Of a DNA stretch of 64,000 nt, positions 9,667 through 18,024 are shown in pieces; the stretch's first letter is position 1; each line of letters starts with the position of its first letter. The stretch comes from a virus. Location: positions 64,001 through 128,000 of the IMG/VR virus record IMGVR_UViG_3300021519_000916, one strand, 5' to 3'. The notes under the pieces were generated by a model, which was not told the origin of the DNA, did not search any database, and was given only the letters and a program-made list of their open reading frames with translations. Position numbers and translations under genes: made by a program.

Positions 9667-10234
9667 CGCACTATTTGAATTTGAAGAAGCATTGGCCAAG
9701 TATACCGGGGCGCCATATGCCGTTGTGACCGATGGTGGGACTCATGCAATTGAACTATGTCTGCGATACAAAAAAGTTACCACATGCGAATTCACAGCAC
9801 ATACGTATCTTAGTATACCCATGCTTATGCATCACTTAAACATCAAGTATAGACTAATCAACGAAGATTGGCTTGGTGAGTATTGTTTTTATAATACAAA
9901 TATATGGGATAGTGCCCGCAGATTGCAACCAGACATGTATAGGGAAAAACAAATGCAATGTCTGAGCTTTGGATATTCTAAACCGCTAGAGTTGGGCAAA
10001 GGTGGTGCAATACTACTTGATAATGTTGAAGCATACAAAGAGTTAAGCATGATGAGGTCGGATGGCAGGGACCTACACATCAATCCTTGGGAAACACAAA
10101 CAACATTTAAGCCAGGATATCATTACTGCCCTACATTAGAATTATGTAACGAAGGTATCAAGAAACTTTCTGTTACCAACAGCGTACAGGATGTGGCATA
10201 TCCAGACTGCCGTTTACTTAATATAACGAATTAA
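9656..10234 (+). CDS. Short DegT/DnrJ/EryC1/StrS-like PLP protein
   Basis: FEEALAKY, WDSA, SFGYSKPL..GKGG. Only 192 aa. Confidence 0.7.
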   Translation: MSFNALFEFEEALAKYTGAPYAVVTDGGTHAIELCLRYKKVTTCEFTAHTYLSIPMLMHHLNIKYRLINEDWLGEYCFYNTNIWDSARRLQPDMYREKQMQCLSFGYSKPLELGKGGAILLDNVEAYKELSMMRSDGRDLHINPWETQTTFKPGYHYCPTLELCNEGIKKLSVTNSVQDVAYPDCRLLNITN

Positions 10235-11294
10235 GAAGAGTCCTAGATACTTTACCTGTGGCGTTGAGTGGTATTGCATCCACTTGTTCTACCAAGCTAG
10301 GTCTACAATGCTTACCCAGGCTAGATAAAAATACGCTAATACTGTCAGCATCGCAGGTGCCAACAAACAAACATTTAACAGTATCGGTACCAAATACAGC
10401 ACATTCCACCAATCCATTGATTGATTGTAATAACTGTCGTTCTAGACTGACTGGATTTAATTTTGATCCGCGAACATTTATTTGATCTTTGTGCCGGCCA
10501 AGTATCTTATAATATCCAGCATCGTCTTGCTCCGCCAAATCTCCGGTATCATACCATCTACTGCCCAATGTAACACCACTAAGGTGTAAGCGACCGTGTT
10601 CAATCTTGGCGATAACCCCATCTGGTAATCCAACTGTACCTATACGTTGTTCACCATGTAACGGGTTTGTGAAGCAATGGCTCATTGCTTCTGTCATACC
10701 AAATGCTTCTATTACAGGTACATTAAACTTATCCTGTAGTTTTATATAAGTTTCGTTTGGTAGTGGCGCACTAGCAGATCTAATAAATCGTAAATGATCA
10801 AAGTTTAATCCGCCAATTGCATTAAGTATATCAGGAATAGCAGTAATAAAGGTTGGCTTATATTCAGGCATTGTGCGTAGATCTTTAACTGTTATAAAAT
10901 GAGTTTCACATTTGGCCATTTGTGTTGCCCAATAAAAGCCTTGGCCGTGTGCATGCCATAAACTCATTACACTAACATACCTATCGTTTGCTGTAAGGTC
11001 GTAAGAGTTAATGATAGTTTTAGCCATGTGATCTAATTGTGGTTGACTAAAGCTACAAAATTTGCTATCCCCAGTGGTGCCAGACGTATACCAAAGCACA
11101 CGTTCATTTGGGTATTTCTTCCCTTCTCTTGTTTTTTCCTCGGTCGCTGTTATAAGTAAACTCCAATCGGAATTTTCTAAAAGGTATCGATTCCGTGCGG
11201 CAGTTGCATTTGGGTTTAGAACCATAATGCTATAGTTGGGTAGGGTGGGAATGTAGTCTTGTGGATTGTCCACACACAGCACAGCACGTTTCAT
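10218..11294 (-). CDS. Adenylate-forming (ANL / acyl-CoA ligase-like) enzyme
   Basis: YTSGTTGDSK, EAFGMTEA, YDTGDL, GR.KD.I, NATGKV. Confidence 0.85.
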   Translation of the reverse strand: MKRAVLCVDNPQDYIPTLPNYSIMVLNPNATAARNRYLLENSDWSLLITATEEKTREGKKYPNERVLWYTSGTTGDSKFCSFSQPQLDHMAKTIINSYDLTANDRYVSVMSLWHAHGQGFYWATQMAKCETHFITVKDLRTMPEYKPTFITAIPDILNAIGGLNFDHLRFIRSASAPLPNETYIKLQDKFNVPVIEAFGMTEAMSHCFTNPLHGEQRIGTVGLPDGVIAKIEHGRLHLSGVTLGSRWYDTGDLAEQDDAGYYKILGRHKDQINVRGSKLNPVSLERQLLQSINGLVECAVFGTDTVKCLFVGTCDADSISVFLSSLGKHCRPSLVEQVDAIPLNATGKVSRTLLNSLY

Positions 11295-11340
11295 TTTGAG
11301 TAAACTTTATTTGAATTTATCACGTATTTATTCATAACTA

Positions 11341-11369
11341 TTGACACTTAGATCTAAATACTATACAAT
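11341..11369 (+). promoter_or_regulatory. Sigma70 promoter of folE with embedded CTAAATA late-like box
   Basis: TTGACA-17 nt-TACAAT; CTAAATA at 11354-11360. Confidence 0.7.
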
Positions 11370-11383
11370 AGTAAAATATTAAA

Positions 11384-11416
11384 GACATCCACGTCATTAA
11401 CTCGGAGAAAACATTG
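11384..11416 (+). promoter_or_regulatory. Candidate mini-pseudoknot occluding the folE SD
   Basis: GAC/GTC stem; loop TCC is complementary to GGA of the SD GGAG (11404-11407). Confidence 0.3.
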
Positions 11417-12319
11417 CAAAAGAAATTCGTTCCTATTTACACAGATGTAGTAGATCGAACATTTAAACCACATCCAGTTTTGCATCCTACTCAACCAACC
11501 GAAGGCGAGAAGCAGGCGGCCGCATGGTTACAGGACGAGTTTTATGACTTGGATAAAGATGAACCAACACAGGAGAGCACTTTGACAGAATCAGTAACAT
11601 ACCAAAACATAGACGAAAAGGGCTATGAAGAATGTAATCTAGCGGATGCTATTCGCTTTAAGATGAAACGTGATAAGAAACGTTTTTGGGCAGGAGACAA
11701 TATTAGTGATTACCTACACGAAGGTGACAAAGAAAAACTAATCAATGAAGCAACTGAAGCATTTGAAAAAGTATTAGACACGTTGCTCATTGATCGCGAA
11801 AACGATCCTAACAGCAAGGGCACAGCCAAGCGACTGGCCAAGATGTATTTCAACGAAGTAATGGGAGGTCGATATGATCCAGCACCAAATGCAACGGCTT
11901 TTCCAAATGATAGTGAAGGTAGATATGAAGGTATGTTGGTGGTACGTAGTGAGTTACGAAGCATGTGTAGCCATCACCATCAGCCTGTATCTGGTGTGGC
12001 TTATATCGGTATCATCGCTGCTAATAAATTAATTGGTCTCAGCAAGTATACTCGTATTGCTCAGTGGTGTGCTCGCCGTGGTACGTTACAAGAAGAACTA
12101 TGTAACGACATTGCAAGAGAAATAATGAAGGCCACAGAAAGCGAAAACGTAGCGGTTTATATCCAAGCGACCCATGGTTGTTGCGAAAACCGAGGCATTA
12201 TGGCACATAGTTCGCTAACACAGACTACTGTACTTAAAGGTGCTTTCCAAACAGACTCTGGTACCAAGAAAGAGTTTATGGATAATATTAAACTACAGCA
12301 GGAATTTGCTCCAAGATAA
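11414..12319 (+). CDS. folE: GTP cyclohydrolase I
   Basis: SMCSHHHQP, GLSKYTR, QEEL, H.C...RG. N-terminal extension with a second in-frame TTG at 11582. Confidence 0.95.
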   Translation: MQKKFVPIYTDVVDRTFKPHPVLHPTQPTEGEKQAAAWLQDEFYDLDKDEPTQESTLTESVTYQNIDEKGYEECNLADAIRFKMKRDKKRFWAGDNISDYLHEGDKEKLINEATEAFEKVLDTLLIDRENDPNSKGTAKRLAKMYFNEVMGGRYDPAPNATAFPNDSEGRYEGMLVVRSELRSMCSHHHQPVSGVAYIGIIAANKLIGLSKYTRIAQWCARRGTLQEELCNDIAREIMKATESENVAVYIQATHGCCENRGIMAHSSLTQTTVLKGAFQTDSGTKKEFMDNIKLQQEFAPR

Positions 12320-13056
12320 TGAAAGTCCTAGTAAATGGTTCATGTTTTAACCGGGGTGGTATCCACGGCGAAGAATCGGGCTGGGTCGATCTACTACGTG
12401 ATCAAACCGCATTTGAGATAGACAATTATAGTATGCGAAGTGCGGGTATTGATTATACAGTTGAATCAACTGTATCCATACTCACTAAACAAAAATACGA
12501 TGCTGTTATTATAGTATGGCCGCAGATACATAAAGTCGATTTAAAAACCGTCGATCCCATAAACTTTCCAAAGCACGAACGAACATCATACTATATTAGT
12601 AGACAAATAGAAAGAGCCAGTCTGATTAATCCAACCAGACAACATATTGATCATTTACAATTTGATCAGCACTGGGTCTTTAATCAATACCCCAGTATAA
12701 GAACCAAGAATATAATCGATACTTGGTATAGTTTTTTACTATATACCGATCATAAACAGGTGTTCACTGAAAATTTATTAAAAATATATATGCTCCAGCA
12801 ACATCTAAAATCATTGGATATTCCGTTCTTGTTTTATTTTGGAAAGTACAGTTCGTTTGCCGCGGCGTATCAAAAACAAAATAAATTGTTCGATGAGAGA
12901 TATGTTGATTTACAGTATAGTTTTATGGGTGTTGCAAAGAAAACAAAAGCATGGAATAAAAAATTATGGAAGTCTGGTATTAAAGGGCATCAAATGTTTT
13001 CAAAGATCGTGCAATATGGATTAACAAACTTACTAAAACAGAATGGATTGATCTAA
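12319..13056 (+). CDS. SGNH/GDSL-like protein (degenerate)
   Basis: VLVNGSCF start and IIVWP, like the other SGNH-like paralogues in the window; catalytic motifs altered. Confidence 0.55.
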   Translation: MKVLVNGSCFNRGGIHGEESGWVDLLRDQTAFEIDNYSMRSAGIDYTVESTVSILTKQKYDAVIIVWPQIHKVDLKTVDPINFPKHERTSYYISRQIERASLINPTRQHIDHLQFDQHWVFNQYPSIRTKNIIDTWYSFLLYTDHKQVFTENLLKIYMLQQHLKSLDIPFLFYFGKYSSFAAAYQKQNKLFDERYVDLQYSFMGVAKKTKAWNKKLWKSGIKGHQMFSKIVQYGLTNLLKQNGLI

Positions 13057-13057
13057 C

Positions 13058-13393
13058 ATGATTAAAGGATTACGAGGCGACCAAGGTATTACGGTTAGTG
13101 GTGGCGATACTGCTGTTCCTTATATCTACCCAAATACTACCATACCTATGACAGGTATGATGCGAGTCTGGGGGTCAGACATGCAGGTATTTGATGGTAG
13201 CCATTGGCTTAATATGAATTCCAGTTATGCCACCGCAAGTTTAGGTCCAGAATTACAAGTATTATTAAATTGGATACGACGCAAGATGATACAAGAACAA
13301 GACCTACAATCGCTCATGGAGAAACATCCAGGCCTTAAAGATGCCAAAGATCGCTATGAGATTATGTTAAAATTAGTCACGGATCATAACTAA
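13058..13393 (+). CDS. Hypothetical protein
   Basis: Tightly packed ORF with helical C-terminus. Confidence 0.7.
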   Translation: MIKGLRGDQGITVSGGDTAVPYIYPNTTIPMTGMMRVWGSDMQVFDGSHWLNMNSSYATASLGPELQVLLNWIRRKMIQEQDLQSLMEKHPGLKDAKDRYEIMLKLVTDHN

Positions 13394-13716
13394 TGATCCC
13401 GTTGCCGCCCGGGTGTAAGGTATCGTACGAAATACGTTTTTTAGTACCAGAACTAACAGATGAAATAGGTGAATGGTTTAATATGATTGGTGGTCATGCC
13501 GGTGCGATCGAAGAGTTTGACTATCGAGGTCGCAAACATATAGTAAAACAAGTACAATACGGTAAGGCAAAACCAAGCTACGTTACTAAAGATGGTACTG
13601 GACTTACCTTAATTCGTTTTACTGGCGAAGATGCAAGCACAGCCAGTGTATTTTTATTAAAATTTATGGAAAAGATTCAGAGTCACAATTTTAACATATA
13701 TAAGGATGGAAAATAG
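13393..13716 (+). CDS. Hypothetical protein
   Basis: Coupled ORF (TAATG). Confidence 0.7.
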   Translation: MIPLPPGCKVSYEIRFLVPELTDEIGEWFNMIGGHAGAIEEFDYRGRKHIVKQVQYGKAKPSYVTKDGTGLTLIRFTGEDASTASVFLLKFMEKIQSHNFNIYKDGK

Positions 13717-14287
13717 CATGACTATTAATAAAGTGTACTACACAGATAAAACAATTAAAAGCTGGATGCACGACATTATTCAAACAATGTACGCTGACGA
13801 TTTTAAACCCGATTACATTGTGGGTATCACTCGCGGCGGCCTGACTCCTGCATCTATGCTTAGTTACTACTTAAGAACGCCAATGGTTGCGCTAGATGTT
13901 AGTTTCCGAGAAGACTCCGAAGTAGGACAAGAAAGTAATTTGTGGTTAGCCGAAGAAGCGTTCGGATATGTTTCTTCCATTGATCAAGATGGCATGGAAG
14001 ATCCAGGTGACAAACCAAACTATGCGTTAAATGCTAAAAATATTCTTATCGTTGACGACATCAATGATACCGGACGTACACTACAATGGATTAAAGATGA
14101 TTGGGAAAGTGGTTGTCTTCCAACTAACGAAAGATGGGAAGGCGTCTGGCACAATAATGTAAGATTTGCTGTAATGATTAATAACGAAGCAAGTGAGTTC
14201 AAAAATATTGACTATGCAGGGTTGCATATCAATAAACTTGAAGAACCAATTTGGTGTGTATTTCCGTGGGAAGAATGGTGGCGTTAA
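13706..14287 (+). CDS. Type I purine phosphoribosyltransferase (Gpt-like)
   Basis: IVGITRGGL, ILIVDDINDTGRT (PRPP loop), WCVFPWE. Confidence 0.9.
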   Translation: MENSMTINKVYYTDKTIKSWMHDIIQTMYADDFKPDYIVGITRGGLTPASMLSYYLRTPMVALDVSFREDSEVGQESNLWLAEEAFGYVSSIDQDGMEDPGDKPNYALNAKNILIVDDINDTGRTLQWIKDDWESGCLPTNERWEGVWHNNVRFAVMINNEASEFKNIDYAGLHINKLEEPIWCVFPWEEWWR

Positions 14288-14622
14288 AAGAGTTTTACTT
14301 AGACGAAAGTCTTGAGTGGAATGTAACCACTCACACCGAATACAATAGTTATATAGATAAAGATATTGTTACGAACGAAGATTTGATTGAAGTACTTAAA
14401 GGCAAAGGTATCATCCGTACAATTGGCAGTGACGATGGCCCGGAATTTAAAGCACTACGCAATCAACTAGAAGAACTAGGTTACATTAAATGTCAGCGTG
14501 GTTGGTGGAATGGTGATCGTGTTGTAAAACCATTTCAGTTAAATGGATTAAAGTTTAAAAAGAACGAGCAATTTTTATCAGGAGCAGCAATGAAGTCTCA
14601 TTTAGAATTTTTAAGGAGATAA
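14275..14622 (+). CDS. Hypothetical protein
   Basis: ATG at 14275 overlaps the PRTase end. Confidence 0.65.
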   Translation: MVALKEFYLDESLEWNVTTHTEYNSYIDKDIVTNEDLIEVLKGKGIIRTIGSDDGPEFKALRNQLEELGYIKCQRGWWNGDRVVKPFQLNGLKFKKNEQFLSGAAMKSHLEFLRR

Positions 14623-14639
14623 ATAGTTATATCCCCAGA

Positions 14640-14715
14640 ATAGCGGTCTTCGGCGTTCATCCCGCTTTACAAATTCTGCCGCCTATGCTACACTTAACAT
14701 AGGAGAATAGTTATG
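14640..14715 (+). ncRNA. preQ1-I-like riboswitch with translational expression platform, 5' of queD
   Basis: P1 AGCGG/CCGCT, loop UC...C, A-rich tail UUACAAA, P2 CGGC/GCCG, then a CCTATG/CATAGG hairpin over the SD AGGAG. Confidence 0.7.
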
Positions 14716-15192
14716 GCAAAGAAATATTTTAGTACTAAAACGTATAGGCAAATTGGTCCAGTTGCATACCGACAGTGGAGAGCAGATAGCCATTGTAATC
14801 AGATTCACGGATATGCAATGAGTTTCCATTTTGAATTTGAAGCTGATACACTGGATGCCCGTAATTGGGTTACTGACTTTGGTGGACTAAAGCCGCTAAA
14901 GGAACATTTAGAAGATTGGTTTGATCATACATTGCTAGTTGCACAAGATGATCCAATGCGTGAACATTTGCTGGAACTTGGTAGACTTAAACTTGCCAAG
15001 ATCACAGAAGTTGAAAAGACTGGTTGCGAAGGCATCGCAGACTTCTTGTACGAATACATTAATACAATTTTTTTACCAAACTGTGGTGCGGAAGAAGCTA
15101 AACGTGTTTGGTGTTGTAAGGTAGAAGTAAGAGAAACCGACAGCAATATGGCTGGACGTAAAGGTCACAGGGAAGATCGAGAATTTGATTAA
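14713..15192 (+). CDS. queD: 6-carboxy-5,6,7,8-tetrahydropterin synthase
   Basis: SHCNQIHGY, DFGGLK, FDHTLL, GCE, VEVRET. Confidence 0.9.
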   Translation: MAKKYFSTKTYRQIGPVAYRQWRADSHCNQIHGYAMSFHFEFEADTLDARNWVTDFGGLKPLKEHLEDWFDHTLLVAQDDPMREHLLELGRLKLAKITEVEKTGCEGIADFLYEYINTIFLPNCGAEEAKRVWCCKVEVRETDSNMAGRKGHREDREFD

Positions 15193-16043
15193 TGGAATCC
15201 TCTGATATAAATTGGTTACATGTAGAGGCTAGTTCAAGGTGCAATGCATGGTGCCCGGCATGTCCACGTAACAAATCCGGTTACGGACTTGCTGATGGAC
15301 TAGTTGAAACAGACTTGACTGTAGACCAATTTAAATCAGTTCTGGCTACGTTACCCAATTTAACTAGTATACAATTTTGTGGTAATCATGGTGATCCAAT
15401 TATTTCAAAAAATATATTAGAATTGATTGACGTTGCAATAGATTATTCTAAACAAATACAGATACAAATACATACCAATGGCAGTTTACGTTCTAAGTCG
15501 TGGTGGGCTAATCTAGCAAATATGTTATCTAAGGTCAAACATGAAGTTTGGTTTGGATTAGATGGACTACTGGGTGTACATGAAATCTATCGGCAAGGAA
15601 CGTCGTTTAACAAAGTTATAGAAAATGCCACTAGCTTTATTGATAACGGAGGTTATGCTGTTTGGCAATTTATACCCTATGGGCATAATGAACATCAGAC
15701 TAAAGACTGTCATCGTATGAGTCAAAAATTAGGATTTAAAAAATTCCAATTGGCTAAACTACATCGTCGAAATACTGTTGCAAAACACTTTCAAACAGGC
15801 AATGAATTTATATTAGAAGCACCTAAACAATTTCAAGATATCATTCGTGTGGTTAAGGATTACAAAACGGTTGATGTTAAAAATTGTATGCATTTTTCAT
15901 ATCCAAGTGTGTATTTGTCGGCCCAGGGCAAACTTAGCACCTGTTGTTATCAATCTAAAAATAACGTTGACAATGTAAATGATTTGTTATATACTATGCA
16001 AGACTTATCAAATCGTATTTGTCTATATAGCTGTGGATCTTAA
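15192..16043 (+). CDS. Radical SAM protein
   Basis: CNAWCPAC, FCGNHGDP, HTNGS; C-terminal Cys cluster (twitch-like). Confidence 0.9.
   Translation: MESSDINWLHVEASSRCNAWCPACPRNKSGYGLADGLVETDLTVDQFKSVLATLPNLTSIQFCGNHGDPIISKNILELIDVAIDYSKQIQIQIHTNGSLRSKSWWANLANMLSKVKHEVWFGLDGLLGVHEIYRQGTSFNKVIENATSFIDNGGYAVWQFIPYGHNEHQTKDCHRMSQKLGFKKFQLAKLHRRNTVAKHFQTGNEFILEAPKQFQDIIRVVKDYKTVDVKNCMHFSYPSVYLSAQGKLSTCCYQSKNNVDNVNDLLYTMQDLSNRICLYSCGS
15967..15995 (+). promoter_or_regulatory. Sigma70 promoter inside the rSAM 3' end, driving mazG-like/queE
   Basis: TTGACA-17 nt-TATACT. Confidence 0.65.
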
Positions 16044-16065
16044 TAAACGAATATAAAGAGGCCAA

Positions 16066-16338
16066 ATGAACAATAAGATTAAAGAAGCACTGGGAATACT
16101 CCAGGAAGAATGCGCCGAAGTTATTGTAGAAGTTAGTAAATGCAATCGCTTTGGTATGGATAGTAATCACTATAAAACTGGATTGAAGCATAGTATTATG
16201 CTTGAAACAGAAATTGGTGATATGTTAGCATTAGTTGATATCCTAATTGAGCAAGGCGTACTTGATGTAGATGGATTGGAAGTAGCCAAGGAAAATAAGA
16301 AGCAAAAACTTAAACAATGGTCAAGCATATATGAGTAA
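16066..16338 (+). CDS. MazG-like NTP pyrophosphohydrolase
   Basis: ILQEECAEV...ETEIGD (EExxE / ExGD). Confidence 0.75.
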   Translation: MNNKIKEALGILQEECAEVIVEVSKCNRFGMDSNHYKTGLKHSIMLETEIGDMLALVDILIEQGVLDVDGLEVAKENKKQKLKQWSSIYE

Positions 16339-17191
16339 AATTAAAGTATCAGAACTATTTTATAGTTTACAAGGCGAAGGGCGATTTATCGGAGTACCAA
16401 GTGTATTCCTTAGAACCTATGGTTGTAATTTTACTTGTAGTGGGTTTGGTTGCAAGCCCGGGGAAAAATCAACTGAAGCAGATGAAGTTGCTAAAGTAGT
16501 TAACAAGTACGATACATTCTTGAGTTTGCCATTGGTTAATACTGGATGCGATAGCTATGCAAGTTGGCATCCAGGATTTAAACATCTCAGTCCAACTGTA
16601 ACAACAGAAGACCTAGTAAATCAAATGTTGGCGTTAACCCCAAATAATAAATGGGTGCAGAATAACGGCAATGATGTACATCTTGTTATAACAGGTGGTG
16701 AGCCATTGCTAGGTTGGCAACGTGCTTATCCAGAGTTATTGTCGCATCCTAAGATGGCCGATTTAAAGAACATCACATTTGAAACAAACGGCACCCAGGA
16801 ATTGCACGAAGACTTTAGGGACTACTTAATTGATTGGGCAGAAGGCCCCGGGCGAGAAGTTACGTTTAGTGTCAGTGCCAAGTTAAGTGCGTCAGGTGAA
16901 ACATGGGAAGATGCTATCAAGCCAAAGATTGTTAATATATATCAGACATATGGCCATGTTTATCTTAAGTTTGTTGTTGAAACACAAGACCATGTTAACG
17001 AAGCAGTCAAGGCAGTTGATGCCTTTAGACATGATGGATTTAAGGGTGTGGTATACTTAATGCCGCAAGGTGGAGTTGTTGACCCATACGAATCTAACAA
17101 ACTAAACATTGCCAATATTTGTGTTGAGCATGGATTTAACTATAGTCCAAGACTGCATGTTGATTTGTGGGGCAATGGTTGGGGTAAATGA
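16331..17191 (+). CDS. queE: 7-carboxy-7-deazaguanine synthase
   Basis: ELFYSLQGEG, FLRTYGCN, GCDS, ITGGEP, FETNGT, SPRLH. Confidence 0.92.
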   Translation: MSKIKVSELFYSLQGEGRFIGVPSVFLRTYGCNFTCSGFGCKPGEKSTEADEVAKVVNKYDTFLSLPLVNTGCDSYASWHPGFKHLSPTVTTEDLVNQMLALTPNNKWVQNNGNDVHLVITGGEPLLGWQRAYPELLSHPKMADLKNITFETNGTQELHEDFRDYLIDWAEGPGREVTFSVSAKLSASGETWEDAIKPKIVNIYQTYGHVYLKFVVETQDHVNEAVKAVDAFRHDGFKGVVYLMPQGGVVDPYESNKLNIANICVEHGFNYSPRLHVDLWGNGWGK

Positions 17192-17457
17192 TGGGCGCAG
17201 GATATCACGGCAAAGTTCTATTGGCAAATGACCGATGGAATGACGAAGCATTCCATAGTCGTGCGTATTGGCGATTACGTTTTATGTGGCTTCCAAAACG
17301 TAGTGCTATAACTGGTCGTCGGCTATGGTTGCGTTTTGTATACGAAGGTACTGCAATGTGGGCAGGGCCCGGCGATCCTGTTTTTGAGTTTAGATACCAC
17401 GAGCCCACCGAACATATTATTTGGCAACTAAAAGGAAATTACAATGGGAATATTTGA
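17188..17457 (+). CDS. Hypothetical protein
   Basis: Overlapping, Trp-rich ORF in operon. Confidence 0.6.
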   Translation: MMGAGYHGKVLLANDRWNDEAFHSRAYWRLRFMWLPKRSAITGRRLWLRFVYEGTAMWAGPGDPVFEFRYHEPTEHIIWQLKGNYNGNI

Positions 17458-17833
17458 TCGATTTAAAAAGAAGCCAGCTATAGTCAAGATAACAGAAACA
17501 CCAAAGGCTAAAAAGTCTGCAAAAACAGACAAAGAAATTGCCACAGAAAAAGGATTGCCTTGGGTTGCTGTACTAAGTGTAGATCTTGATCCTGAAAATA
17601 TTGGCAATGGCGCATTTGAGCTAGATTGGAACGATAAGTTTATCACTAACTTAGTACGTGCTGGTTACGAAGGTAAATCAGATACCGACATGGTTGATCG
17701 TTGGTTTGCAGAAGTTTGCCGTAATGTAATTGCAGAAAATTACGAACAATGGGAAGCCAATCAACCAATGGATGCTAGACCAAGAATTATTGACCGCAAA
17801 GATATTGGCGGCGGAAAAACGGAGGTAAGTTAA
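17444..17833 (+). CDS. Hypothetical phage protein
   Basis: AAGGA SD; FELDWND motif. Confidence 0.75.
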   Translation: MGIFDRFKKKPAIVKITETPKAKKSAKTDKEIATEKGLPWVAVLSVDLDPENIGNGAFELDWNDKFITNLVRAGYEGKSDTDMVDRWFAEVCRNVIAENYEQWEANQPMDARPRIIDRKDIGGGKTEVS

Positions 17834-18021
17834 TGACTAATAAACCAGATACAACAACAGACGAAGCTCTTGCAACATTTTTAGCCAACGGCGGGGTTAT
17901 TCAACAAATTGAACGCAATGTTAGCGGACATGTTGAAGGACAAACATATTGGGGTATGCCAAAGAAAGCTGGTAGACCGCCAGCTGGTAATATCAATGAT
18001 AAGGCTCCCAAGGAAGAGTAA
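17833..18021 (+). CDS. Small hypothetical protein
   Basis: GGAGG SD; FLANGGVIQ. Confidence 0.7.
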   Translation: MTNKPDTTTDEALATFLANGGVIQQIERNVSGHVEGQTYWGMPKKAGRPPAGNINDKAPKEE

Positions 18022-18024
18022 GTA

